The notes under the pieces: model-generated
Database searches by the model: none
Told to the model about the DNA's origin: nothing
What the model saw: only the letters and a program-made list of their open reading frames with translations
In this document: one piece after another, positions 11,252-23,790 of the stretch
How the letters are laid out: every line of letters starts with the position of its first letter
Numbering within the stretch: the first letter of the stretch is position 1
Position numbers and translations under genes: made by a program
Assembly (NCBI RefSeq): GCF_902713615.1
Contig: NC_052159.1
Span: 4,972,018-5,036,017 of the forward strand
DNA: 64,000 nt
Direction of reading: 5' to 3'
Source of the DNA: Scyliorhinus canicula
Lineage: Eukaryota

Positions 11252-12439
11252 GTGAGTGTCTCGCTTTGAATCCTGTTAGTTCTCCCCTCCCGCTCACCGG
11301 TAACTTATGCTTTGCTTTTGTGAGTGAAACACGAACGGTTGAAGCGTGCGCGGAAATTCGGCAACTGGGGAGGGGGAGAAATAAGTCACCTCAAATTTAC
11401 TCCGAAGGCCACCGGGGCCGCGCATGGGCCGCCGAGGGCTGTAGTTCTTTTCAGGGATATGTGGCTGGGTGGCGCGGCAGGCGGAACTACATTCCCCCCC
11501 GGGCAGCGCGCGGCCAGTGCTCCGTTGCCCCAGGCAACGCCATGATGCCAATGGTGAGCGTCTTGACAATGGACTAGGAAAAGTGACCACTCAATGGTTT
11601 ATCCCCTGTGATATACTGAAAAACAGCACTTCATCTTTCAATTAGACATTTTACAGCCTTCTGCACTCAGCATTAAGTCCGACAATTTCACACTGTAAAC
11701 TCTTCTGTTTCCTTTTCATTGTATGACTGGGTTTTCCTCTCTTTTTTTTTTCTCTTTCAGATAGTAGTGGACTTGCTTCATGGTCCCTATACAGCAGAAA
11801 GAGTAATCTGCCACCCTACAAAAGAGCACCCCAACCCAGGCTCACTCCCCTGCTCTATCCCTGTAACCTCACCTAATCTTTGGACACTTCAGGGGCAATC
11901 CCTCAAATCCAAAGCCAGCACCCCCAGTGCAGTCTTTGGAGTTGTGAGGTTCCTGTGGTGGAGAGTGGCTGCTGCTCTCTCTGTTGCTATTGTTCAGTTT
12001 GTTGCTTGTTTCCAGTGTTGGTTGCTGCTGAGCTACCTGAAGGAAGGAGAGGTGAGGGAAGAAAGGAGAGAAAGACAATAAGAAGGTGACTTCAACACTG
12101 AGGTGGGAGTAGAGGCCTTTGGACTCAGAATTTACAGGGCAGAAGGAGGCCATTCGACCCATTGAGTCTGCACCGGCTCCTGGAAAGAGCACTCCACTTA
12201 AGTCCACACCTCCACCCTATCCCAGTAACCCCACCTAATCTAAGGACAATTTAGCGTGGCCAAACCACCGAACCTGCACGTCTTTGGACTGTGGGAGGAA
12301 ACCGGAGCACCCGGAGGAAACCCACGCAGACATGGGGAGAACGTGCAGACTCCGCACAGACAGTTACTCAAGCCGGCAATCGAACCTGGGACCCTGGAGC
12401 TGTGAAGTAACTGTGCTAACCACTGTGCTACCCTGCCGC

Positions 12440-15170
12440 CCTGTGGACGGCTGAGGGCCCTGTCTGGCCCGGTTCTCCCAGCTATCAACAAATGCCTCAA
12501 CAAGGACAAAGCCATCCTTCCTCCATCAGGTGTGCTTGTTCCAGGACAGGGGGATCCAGTAGACCGTGTTTGTTGAGCCCCTCCCAGGCTGAAAGCCCAT
12601 ACACTGGCAGCCTCTTTCTGCAAGGAAGACGTCAGACTCCATTGGTTGGTCATTCCAGGGTGGCAGCACGGACTGTGTTTTTTGTTGAGCCCTACTTGGG
12701 CTGAAGACATCGCAAACCAGCGCCTACGTACATTGGTGTGGTCATTCCAGGGTGGGAACACGGATTGTGTTTTTGGCTGAAGATCTGCTTGTGCTCAACT
12801 ATCCTCCCACCCGGACAGCGCAGTGGTTAGCACTGGAACTACAGTGCTGAGGACCCGGGTTAGAACCCCAGCCCTGGGTCAGTGTCTGTGTGGAGTTTGG
12901 TCATTCTCCCTGTGTCTCCGTGGGTTTCACCCCCACAACCCAAAGATGTGTAGTATAGGTGGATTGGCCACGCTAAATTGACCCTTAATGAGGGGGAAAA
13001 AATGGATACTCTAAATTTTAAAAAAACTCTTCTCTCACGCTCCAGTTTCACAGGAGTTTCCACCTCAGGCACCCAATTCATCTACGGCACCTTACCCTCT
13101 TGTGGCGCTATCCCAATCCCACTATGTCCCTTATTCTCTTTTTCCTTCCTTTCCTTCTTCCTAGGGGGGAGAAGAATACATTGTTCCACCTCACCTTTCT
13201 CCTAAAACTCCCCATTATCTATTTTCCAATCTAATACAAACGACAAAGCCCACATCTCCATTCTGGAGCTTTTCCCTGAGTTATTCCCGGATCTGTCCAG
13301 TGGCCCGCTTCGCAAGCGGAACGGGTGTCGGAGCGACTGCCTCCCTCTGGCCCAGTTCCCTGAGAGGAGACCGCGAGGAACCCGTCTGTCTACGATCGAG
13401 GCAGACCCAGGGCTAGTTGGTGGGACCGTGCCGTCCGCCAGGTTCAATGTGGCGGGGGACTTGGTCCCAGAAGGCGGCTGCCCAGAGGAGGACAGCTGTT
13501 CGGTGAGCATGGGGATGATCTTCAGTCCATCGTAGCGAAGGGATAGAATCCCTTGTGCCCAACACCGAGTCGTCCCTCATCCCCCGAGGGGAATTCCTAT
13601 ATGCTGGATTTTCTATATGCCAACCGTGGTCGCCGAAACAGAGTGTAGTTGGCATTCGACCGGTGGTGGGGCATGGCGCAGCTCCTTAAGTCTTCCCATG
13701 CCTACATTAAAGAGGTGGGACGAAGCAGATGTGACTGAGCAGCGCTGGCTGAAGTCTTTCCTCGCTGGACTTCAGAGGGGCACACGCTCCTTTCCAAGCA
13801 CTAAAAAGGTGAAGGTGGCACTTTACTACTGACATGGAGGTGACCATAGCCAGCCTCAACATCAATGGCAGCAGGGACGTGCTCCGCAGGTTCCAGAGCT
13901 TCTCTGTCCTCCGGTACAGGAAGTATGAGCCATGCTTCCTACAAGAAACCCACACCCTTCCGGGAGACAAAGTCACATGGCACCAGGAGTGGTGGTGGGG
14001 GGGTCTACATAGATCACCTAACCTCCCAGTTAGGCGGTGTGGCTATCCTGGTCCCACATCTTTAGCTGGAGATTTTGGGGGTTAAGGAGCCAGTGCCAGG
14101 CTGGTTGCTGTACTTGACTGTCAGTGAAGGGGGCTTGTTTACTTTGAGATTGTTTACGCTCCCCAGGCTGGCCAGCAGCAGATTACTTTCTTTGAGCAAG
14201 TGACCACTCAACTTGGCATCATCACCGCGGGTGAGTTTATCATCCTGGGAGGGGTGTTAATTGCACCCTCAGAACAAAGGACCGCCTCGGTATCCAGTGC
14301 AGCTCTTGTGTGGTGGTGAATTAAAAGAATCTGGTCGGGTTCTTTGACTTAGTGGACGTCTGGCGGACTCTCCATCCTGGCTCCAGCACCTTCACCTTTG
14401 TGAGGCCTGGGGATTGGAGCAGGCAGAATCGTCTGCCTCTACATTTCAAGAGCATACTTGCCCCATGTCCCGACAGCCTCAGTGCAGCAGGTGCCGTGCT
14501 TGGATCACTGTCTGGTGTTGGCGGGGCTCGCCCTGTCTCGCGCTCAGTTGCGGTCCGTGGCATTTTGCTGCTGGAGGATGAGCGGTTCCTGGGCTCATTT
14601 CTTTGTTTCTGGACCAGCTAGAGAAGGAAGCGGGGAAGCTTCCTCTCCTTGAGGCTCTGGTGGGACGTTCGCAAGACTCGCGTGCGTAGCTTCTGTCCAG
14701 AGTATGCGAGGGGGTCGACAAAAAAGCAGAAATCCAGGGTCAAGGAGGTGCTCGATCTGGAGTCACGTCTCAGTCTACCCGATGAGGACCTGGCCCGGTG
14801 TGCTGAGAGAAGGGCGTGCTGCGGTACCTGCAACTTGTCGGGTCCTGCGCCAGATCCTCACCAACATGGACCGCGGCTCCCCATTATTCTCCTCCTTGAA
14901 TAGGCGCAGGATCCGGAGGAGGTCAGGGCCCAAATCCGAAGCTTCTCCAGCGCCCTTTGCTCCCCGGATCCTTCCAGTGAGGATGTTTGCTAAGTTTTAT
15001 GGGAGGACCTACCGGAGGGCGCTGGGAGGCTTGATACCCCTACAAGTCTGGGGGAGCTGGCCAGTGCCCTTGAGGGGCAAAACCCTAGGGCTGGACGAGC
15101 TGGCCGCGGCGTTGTTCATGGCATTCTGGGACATCCTGGGGAAGAAAACCCCACACAATTTTAGTTTGTA
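12440..15170 (+). mobile_element. Degenerate Tx1/L1-clade LINE (ORF1 remnants and endonuclease region) with nested V-SINEs
   Basis: ORF2 start MEVTIASLNINGSRD...FLQETH at 13834; LVDVWRTLHP..TFTF, WWDVRKTRVR and GLDELAAALFMAFWDILG remnants. Confidence 0.7.
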
Positions 15171-16171
15171 AAACTGCGGAAAGAATACGTCACCCTAGAG
15201 TGATGACTAACCAGTAGATATCTCTTATCACATAATCACCGAACCTCTGCAGTGCAGAAGACCATTCGGCCCATCAAGTCTGCACAACCTTTCGAAAGAC
15301 CACCCGATCCAGTCTCATTCCCTTGCCTTATTCCTGCAACCCCACCCTAAGGGGCAATTTATTATGGCCAATCCACCTAACCTGAACAGCTTTGAACTGT
15401 GGGAGGAAACTGGAGCACCTAGAAGAAACCCACGCAGACACGGGGAGAACGTGCAGACTCCGCACAGTCACCTGAGGTTGGAATCGAACCTGGGTCCCTG
15501 CCGCTGTTAGGCAGCAGTGCTGGCCACTGACGCCGCATTATATTAAAACAAACTTTAATTTAAGCACAAAATTAACCGTATTAACATTACAAAGCAAATA
15601 GCTTTAGAATGATCAGTTAAGCAGTTCTTAAACGCAAGGAAAATTTCAACTTACTATCTATACCTGCTACGAACTCCAATTCAGCAACTCAATACTGTTC
15701 AAATGGCACTTATAAATTTAACAATCCGATTACTTGCTTTGTTGTGTAGAGACTTCTGGAGAGAGACATCCTTTCAGGAGCAGAACCAATACACTTCTGC
15801 TCAACCTAACAGCATATGGCAAAACTGCTGTTCAACTTAAAATCCTTCTGTCCTGTCAGACTCGCATCCTATGGCAAACTGCAAAACTACATACAGACCT
15901 GGTTCCTCCCATTAATTACATCATCTATCCCACTAAGATGTCATATGACATGCTTATGTAGGACTAAATATGGACCTCAAATTATCTACTCAAGGGAATC
16001 TCCAGCAGTCAAAACAATATCCCATTATCCCATTAGCACTTTATCTGTAACCAAGTGGTTGGAATGAATCATAACCTCATCTTAGACACACAGTCTGGTT
16101 ACATTAACATTTAGTAATATTACTGCAACCTTGCTTTTAATAACATTATTGTCACAAATATAAAATATATT

Positions 16172-16927
16172 CGGGCAGAAGTGGTAGCACTATGGCTTCA
16201 CAGCACCAGCGTCCCAGGTTCAATTCCCCGCTGGGTCACTGTGCGGAGTCTGCACGTTCTCACCGTGTCTGCGTGGGTTTCCTCCCACAGTCCAAAGACA
16301 TTCAGGGTAGGTGGATTGGCTATGATAAATTGCCCTTAGTGACCAAAAAGGTTAGATGGGGTTATTGGGTTACAGCGATAGGGTGGAAGGGAGAGCTTAA
16401 ATGGGTCAGTGCAGACTTGACAGGCTGAATGGCCTCCTTCTGCACTGTATGTTCTATATCATAGAATTTACAGTGCAGTCGGAGGCCATTCGGCCCCACG
16501 AGTCTGCACCGTCTCTTGGAAAGAGCACCCTACCCAAGTCCACACCTTCACCCTATCCCCATAACCTAGTAACCCCACCCAACACTAAGGGCAATTTATC
16601 TTGGCCAATCCACCTAACCTGCACATCTTTGGTTAGCGCAGTGGTTAGCACTGTTGTTTCACAGCACCAGGGACCTGGGTTTGATTCCCAGCTTGGGTCA
16701 CTGTCTGTGTGGAATCTGCACGTTCTCCCCGTGTCTGCGTGGGTTTCCTCCGGGTGCTCCGGTTTCCTCCCACAAGTCCCGAAAGACTGCTGTTAGGTAT
16801 TTGGACATTCTGAATTCTCCCTCCGTGTACCCGAACACATGCCAGAGTGTGACGACCAGGAGCATTTCACGGTAACTTAATTGCAGTGTTAATGTAAGCC
16901 TACTTGTGACGCTAATAAAGATTATAA
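16172..16927 (+). mobile_element. Cluster of V-SINE (HE1-like) copies
   Basis: tRNA head plus V-domain; one variant carries the GTAAGCCTACTTGTGAC..AATAAAGATTAT tail. Confidence 0.75.
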
Positions 16928-18231
16928 AAAGATTGTCATGAGGTATCACACAGATTTGGTGATTCTAAGGACTGCGCCTTCTCTTTCATATGAGACTTCC
17001 AACCATGAAGAGAGGGAGCTGTGAATTGAATTTTATTCGGTTCTGGTTTTATTTATTACTTTCATAACATAACATTTAAAAAAAAACTCAAGTTAGATTT
17101 GATAGGGTGTTCAAAATCACACTGTGTTTTACTACCTAGCGAATAAATAAAGACAAACGTTCCACCGGCAAAAGGGATAGAAACCAACACACATGGCTCT
17201 TGAGACAAAGAATCCGAAGTGGGATGTTGTTTTTTTTTACACACAGTGAATTGTAATCTGGAACACGCTGCCTGAACGGTGATGGAAGCAGATTCAACAG
17301 AAACTTTCAAACAGAAATTGGATATGTACTTGAAGGAGAAAAGATGTGAGGGACTAAAAGGACAACTTTTTCAAATAGCCAGTACAGGGTTAACAGACTG
17401 AGTAGCCTCTTTCTGTGCGGATTCCCACTTTTTTTTTCTTTATTCTGTCATGGGCTGCGGGTGTTGCCCCTTCGAGGTCAGTTCAGAGTCGACCACATTG
17501 CTGTGCGCCTGGAGTCATTTGTAGGCACGATTACAGATTCCATATTTAGTAATTGAATTTACATTCTACTAGCTACCAGGGTGAGATTTGAACCCATGTC
17601 CCCAGAGCTTTCGCCTGGGGTCTCTGGAGTGCCAGTGATCACAATGTCAAAACGCCCTCTTTGGCTATTTTGTTCTGTGGGGCATAAAGATAATGCAAGT
17701 TGTTGTCGGCACAGGGTGTTGAGAAACTATTCAACAACAGAAGCCAATTCCATTCAAGTTCAGCCTGTTTACTTCGAAAAAATGTAATTGCAGATTTTGT
17801 TTCCAATTAACTTCAATCATTCACAGTGCCCGGATTAGCCTCCTGCGTGTTCACTGTTGCTCATTGGATGTTAGGCTGACAGATTTTTTTTTAAGCTCAT
17901 AAAATGGTTACAGGACAGAAGAAAGCCAGCCAGTCCCATCAGCTAAAAAAAAGATGGATAATACCATGATGACTGAGTACGGTATAGGGGTCAAATCTAT
18001 CTACCCTGCATAGTTAAATCCAATAAAAGCAAATTACTGCGGATGCTGGAATCTGAAACGAAAGAGAAAATGCTGGAAAATCTCAGCCGGTCTGGCAGCA
18101 TCTGTAGGGAGAGAAAAGAGCTAACTTTTCGAGTCCGATGACTTTGTCAAATTATATGATTTCTCCTCCCTGCACCCTCCTACCCCTTAATTTGTACACA
18201 TCAGTAATTTATTTGCACTTTATTCCCACAG

Positions 18232-18314
18232 GTCCATTCTAACACGAGAGTTCGATTCCATCTTGTATGGTCCAATTGTGGATTATTCCTTCAGAAATCT
18301 GGAAACTTTATCTG
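18232..18314 (+). CDS. LRRC51: LRRC51 coding exon 2 (SILTREFDSILYGPIVDYSFRNLETLS)
   Basis: Acceptor TTTATTCCCACAG, donor G|GTGATG; PIVDYSFR matches LRRC51 PPLDYSFR; phase 1 joins exon 3 to give Asp. Confidence 0.85.
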
Positions 18315-18734
18315 GTGATGTCTATCTATAAATCTTCACAAAAACACTACTTTATAGTTTCAATAGCCCCTCGGTTCATTTTGCTCATTAGAAATAATAC
18401 AGAATCAGATGGGGTCATAGACAATACAAAGATGTTTGCAATGTCTTGTGTATAAATGCACAAAAGGTGTTCACAAGGTCCATAAGCTGCAGGCACAAAT
18501 AACCATTTGGGAATGTCATATGGTGATACCAGAGACCTGCCTTAAAAAGGTGATTATTCCTGGGTATGAGATGTTCAGGAAAGTTAGGGAAAGAAAGATT
18601 CCGAAGTCTTATGGCCTTTTAGTTAGCGTCCCTGCCTCTGAGCCAGAAATTCTGTTCAAGTTCAGGATTTGATTGCCATTCAAGGTTTGTTCGTAATACG
18701 GCCAAACAGGTTGAACATTAACCTGCAAAATCCT

Positions 18735-18915
18735 TGTTTTTAAAGTTCCTGTCTCAGAATTGCAAAGCCAAAGCACAGAGTGTACAGGGGGAAACCTCTA
18801 ATCCATCTCTTTGCCTGCTCCAAAAACCAATTCAAATTGAATCCAATTCATGGTCCCCACAAGAGGGACACACCTGATATCACGCTCGATCTTAGCCAAA
18901 AGGCTGACAAGCGAT
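18735..18915 (-). pseudogene. U2 snRNA-derived retroposon (U2 retropseudogene or SINEU-like element)
   Basis: Minus strand starts ATCGCTTGTCAGCCTTTTGGCTAAGATCGAG (U2 5' end) and retains TTTTTGGAGCAGG, GAGATGGA and CAGGAAC; TSD AACCTGCAAAATCCT at 18720-18734 and 18916-18930. Confidence 0.85.
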
Positions 18916-19430
18916 AACCTGCAAAATCCTCAACACACCAATGACAGGGGGTAAGAGTGTGATGGAAATAAATTGGAACCTATCACAATCCATAGATCCA
19001 GGCTACAACATGTGTGTAAAAGTGTACGTTACCTCAGCAACTCGGACTCCTTTGGAGGGACCAGTTAGCTCAGGTGGTTGGACAGTCCGTGTGGACCAGA
19101 TTGGAGCCAACAACACATGATGCAATCCCCATTCCAGCTGGGGTGGATTTCGGACTTGCCTCCTTGCCCAACCCGGGGCCGTGATGGAGATCATGGCCTG
19201 ATGGCTGGGACTTGCCTCCAGACAGAGAACTCAAAAGGGATGGAAGAGGACCATAGAGTATTGATAATGTGAGATGTGAACTATCCAAATATTGAATGGA
19301 AAAACGATTATCAAAGGCAGAGAAAGGAAGGAATTTCTGAGGAGCAATATAAAAGGAAATCCAAGGTTTTTATGTAAATGTTCATGCCAGAAGTGAAATG
19401 ACAAATTATTTGCAGTTTGAATTTGTTACT

Positions 19431-19693
19431 TGTTATAACCTGCCTGCTTACCATTGGCTGCGGACTAATGACAATCCCACAATCCTATGGGAGTATGAGC
19501 TTCCCCAATGAAGGGGGTGGAGAAATCATTAGCAGATTCCCTGCATAAATAGAGCTGGCCAGTTTGGAACCAGCAGAGAGAGGAGTGAGCAGCAAGGGAA
19601 GTTGCTGCTGTTGTATATATGTGTTATTGTAAATAAATGTTATTTCTTTGTATCCTGAAAACGCGTGCTGGATTCTTCGTGGCCCTCACAAAA
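19431..19693 (+). mobile_element. Solo LTR (263 bp)
   Basis: Starts TGTTATAA and ends CACAAAA (degenerate ..CA); 5-bp TSD TTACT at 19426-19430 and 19694-19698; internal ATAAATAG and AATAAA. Confidence 0.65.
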
Positions 19694-20089
19694 TTACTGA
19701 TTTTGATGGAGGTGCAAGGGCTGCATAAATTGTCAGGGGCAGACTAGGTCAATGGAGGAAGATGCACAGTAGAGAGGCAGTCATGGCTGCCCCAGGGAGA
19801 CTGGTGTAATCGGGTCAGCTGAGGCTCTTTTGACACACCTTCCAAACCTGTGACTTCTACCACCTAAAAGGACAAAGCATGCAGATGCAAGGCGCCATTA
19901 CCACCTACAAGTTCATCTCTCAACCACACACATCGTGGCTTAGGCGGTATCATCGTTCCTTCAATGTCCCCTCCCTATCAGCACTGAGTGTACAGATACC
20001 AGATAGAGTGCAGTAGTCAAGAAACCAATGACCATACATTTTTCAACACTTCTCGGTTATTTTCTTCAATGATCCCACAATTGTCTTTT

Positions 20090-20520
20090 TAAATGTATTT
20101 TATTCCAAACATGTATCAAAACAGGTTACAGCGAACAAACACCTGGGAAACATGCTTCCCAACAATCAACTATAGAGTCTGTACAGAGTTTTCCCCTTTT
20201 TCACTCCCCCACGACGAACAGTCCCTCAAACAAGGTCACAAACATCCCCAACCTTTCCTCCAACCCCTCTGAAGAGCCCCTTAACTCATTGCAGGAAGTC
20301 GTACAGATCACCCAACCAAGCCGCTACCCTCGGTGGCAGCGCCGACCACCACTCCAGCAAAATTCACCACCGTGCAATCAGAGAGGTGAAGGCCAAGACT
20401 TCGGCCTTCTTCCTCTCCATGAGCTCCGGCTTCTCGGAGACACCAAATATCGCCACCAAAGGGTCCGGGGATCCCACGATCTTCACTGACTCCCTGATCT
20501 GCTGGTTCCTGATATCCTTT
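20090..20520 (-). mobile_element. L1/Tx1-clade LINE 3' fragment
   Basis: Similar to the 3' ends at 51500-52150 and 57120-57600 (AIFGVSEKP..LAF motif, AATAAAA tail). Confidence 0.6.
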
Positions 20521-21414
20521 TGGATTGGATTTGTTTATTGTCACGTATACTGAGGTACAGTGAACAGTATTTTTCTGCGAGCAGATCATTAAGTACATGG
20601 AAAGAAAAGGGAAGAAAATAAAATATATAATAGGGCAACACAAGATATACAATGTAACTACATAAGCACTGGCATTGGATGAAGCATATAGGGTGTAGTG
20701 TTAATAAGGTCAGTCCATAAGAAGGTGATTTAGGAGTCTGGTGACAGTGGGCAAGAAGCTGTTTTTTAGTCTGTTCGTGTGTGTTCTCAGACGTCTGTAT
20801 CTCCTGCCCAATGGAAGAAGTTGGAAGAGTGAGTAAGCCGGGTGGGAGGGATCTTTGATTATGCTGCCCGCTTTCCCCAGGTAGCGGGAGGTGTAGATGG
20901 AGTCAACGGATGGGAGGTAGGTTCGTGTCATGGACTGAGCGGTGTTCACGACTCTCTGAAGTTTCTTGCAGTCCTGGGCTGAGCAGTTGCCATACCAGGC
21001 TGTGATGCAGCCCGATAGGATGCTTTCTATGGTGCATCTGTAAAAGTTGGTAAGAGTTAATGTGGACATGCCGAATTTCCTTAGTTTCCTGAGGAAGTAT
21101 AGGCACTGTTGTGCTTTCTTGGTCGGAGTGTTGACGTGGGTGGACCAAGACAGATTTTTGGAGATGTGCACCCCTAGGAATTTGAAACTGCTAACCATCT
21201 CCACCTCGGCCCCGTTGATGCTGACAGGGGTGTGTACAGTACTTTGCTTCCTGAAGTCAATGACCAGCTCTTTAGTTTTACTGGCATTGAGGGAGAGATT
21301 GTTGTCGCTACACCACTCCACTAGGTTCTCTATCTCCCTCCTGTATTCTGACTCGTTGCTATTCGAGATCCGGCCCATTATGGTCGTATCGTCAGCAAAC
21401 TTGTAGATGGAGTT
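20521..21414 (-). mobile_element. Rex1/Babar-type LINE 3' fragment with an open 222-aa RT C-terminal frame
   Basis: KFADDTT, NNLSLNASKTKELVIDFRK and FYRCTIESILSGCITAWYG; tail GTGACAATAAACAAATCCAATCC. Confidence 0.85.
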
Positions 21415-21699
21415 CTATTACTCCACATATCCATCTCGGGATCTGCATCTAATTGGTATCCAGTTGTGTTCTCTTACTAATGCCCAAGTTTCAGCACTTT
21501 ATAACGAGTGGTCTCTCAACTGTCTTATAGATTCTTCCCTTCAATTTTAGCGATAATTTTCTATCACATTATACTCCATTGCACTTCTACCAAAGCTAAT
21601 CCATTGCATAATTTCTATTTCCATCTTCTCCCACCACTGACCAAATGCTTGAAACTATTCACTTTCCCCAATTCTTCACCCTCACTCTGATTCTCTTCC

Positions 21700-22350
21700 C
21701 TAGGATTGAAATATTTGATGATGAAGTCAGTGCCATGGAAGTGAAAGAGATTGGATGTGATTTTGGACTAAGGACGGATAGGAACTTCCACATGGAATGA
21801 GTGGTTCTTTATGTTGACTTGGCATATGCTCTTGACATGCCTCACACTTCTTGACAACAACTTCAATGTCATTGTTCATATTTGGCTAATAGACTGTCAC
21901 TCTGGTGAGTCTTCTCATCTGATCAGTGCCCATGTGTGAGTGATGAAGTTGCTGAAGAATATCGGGTCACAAAGATTCCGACATTGACTTTCCTGCCTTT
22001 AAAAATGACTCCCTAGGAGAGCTTGTCCAGTAAGGCCAAAATAGTCTCATGTTCTCATGGACATGTTGAATTGAATCAGGCCATTCTTCAATGATGGCTT
22101 TCCACAGTTTCTGTAGTGTCGATTCTTTCGCCATTTCTTCTTCAGCTGTTGGCATATGCGTTGCTCAAAATGTACCAAATCTATTTGGAGATAATCTTCA
22201 AGTTCAATGTCAATTAAGTGAACTTATAGATCTTTTTGTTTTCACTGGGCTAGGCAATCTGCTAAGAGTATCCAATGTGATCAGCAACTTGCCTGGCTTG
22301 TACCTAATCTCACATCATAACCGTGAATCTTTGTCAAGAGATGTTGCAAT
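21700..22350 (-). mobile_element. Possible Gypsy-type LTR retrotransposon pol remnant
   Basis: TAEEEMAKESTLQKLWKAIIEEWP resembles the RNaseH-integrase linker; highly degenerate. Confidence 0.35.
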
Positions 22351-23184
22351 CTTGGTGGTACACTGCTCTTGCAAGTGTCCCATACGCCACCTTATCTACC
22401 TGTCCCGCTGCCTTCAAGGATCTATGGATATGTACCCCAAGGTCCCTCTAGTAGGGTCCTTACCATTCATTGTTTCTTTCCTTGCCTTGTTAGTTATCCC
22501 AAAATGTATCACCTCACACTTTTCAGGGTTGAATTCCATTTGCCAGTGTTCTGTCTCATATGAGGGGATCTCATAGAATCTTATAAAATTCTAACAGAAT
22601 TAGGATAGATTCGGAAAGAACATTTCTGGTGGGGAGTCCAGAACTAGGGGTCAGAGTTTGAGGATAAGGGGTAAACCTTTTAGGACTGAGGTGAAGAGCA
22701 ATTTCTTCACCCAGAGAGCGGGGAATCTGTGGGATTCGCCACCACAGAAAGTAGTAGAGGCTAAAACGTGTGAATTCAAAAAGGAAATAGATATAGCTGT
22801 TGGGGCTAAAGAGATCAAGGGATATGGAGGGAAGGTGGGATCAGGGTTTTTATTGAACTTGATCAGGCATGATAATGAATGGCGGAGTAGGCTCGAAGGG
22901 CCAAATGGCCTCTTCCTCCTATATATGTTTCTATGTAAGGAGCAGAATGTAGAAGAAGAAGTGAAGGGTTTGGATGCAGAACACAACCGTGCCTCAGCTG
23001 CACAGGGAGGTGATCTGGTCCAGCACAGACTCAATCTCATCAGATGTTATCGATGTCGGGGATCATCTGATTCTGACACAACTCAAGTGGGCCCCTCTGA
23101 CCCAGGAGGAACGGCAAAGTCTCCAGCTCACCCTCTGCTCGCACTTTCATTCAAGACGCAGCCTGGAACATGCAAACTCTTACT

Positions 23185-23790
23185 TTTTTAAAAATTCATT
23201 TAACGGATGTGGGCGTCACTGCTCAGGCCAGCATTTATTGCCCATCCCTAGTTGCGCTTCAGAAAGTGGTGGTGAGCTGCCTTCTTGAACTGCTGCAGTG
23301 CCTGAGGTTTAGGTACACCCACAGTGCGGTTAGGGAGGGTGTTCCAGGATATTGCCCCAGCAACAGTGAAGGAACGGCGATTTCCAAGTCAGGGTGGTGA
23401 GTGACTTGGGGGGGGGGGACCCTCCAGGTGGTGGGGTTCCAAGGTATCTACTGCTCTTGTCCTTCTAGGTAGTGGTGGCTGTGGGTTTGGAAGGTGCTGG
23501 AATCTTGATGAGTTACTGCATTGCATCTTGTAGATGGTACACACGGCTGCCACTGTTCGTCGGTCGTGGAGGGTTTGAATGTTTGTGGAAGGGGGAAGAA
23601 TCAAGCGGGGCTGCTTTGTCCTGGATGATGTTGAGCTGCTTGTGTTGGAGCTGCACTCATCCAGGCAAGTGGAGAGTATTCCATCACACTCCTGACTTGG
23701 GCCTTGTAGATGGTGGACAGGCTTTGGGTAGTCAGGAGGTGAGTTACTCACCGCAGGATTCCCAGCTTCTGACCTGCCCTAGTGGCCACA
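23185..23790 (-). mobile_element. 3' fragment of the same LINE family as 34900-39050
   Basis: TIYKMQCSNS and HDRRTVAAVC; tail GGGATGGGCAATAAATGCTGGCC. Confidence 0.7.

Larger units (their letters stand above)
10750..11560. promoter_or_regulatory. CpG-island, probably bidirectional promoter of LRRC51 (and a divergent gene)
   Basis: CpG-rich and TE-free; CRE TGACGTCA 10821-10828, GC box ~10847, ATTGG 10873, E-box CACGTGAC 10890, five ATCCGGG ETS-like motifs 10901-11061, YY1-like GCCGCCATG twice, ZNF143-type ACTACATTCCC 11486 and inverted GGGCTGTAGTTC 11436, X-box 11524-11538. Confidence 0.8.

Noticed and set aside
18026-18150. Penelope-like terminal repeat with a possible hammerhead
   Set aside because: Resembles a common shark repeat, but the catalytic core is too degenerate (TTTGACAA) to support a call
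18735-18915. Functional U2 snRNA gene
   Set aside because: Branch-point recognition region altered or deleted, TSD and A-rich tail present, no evident snRNA promoter
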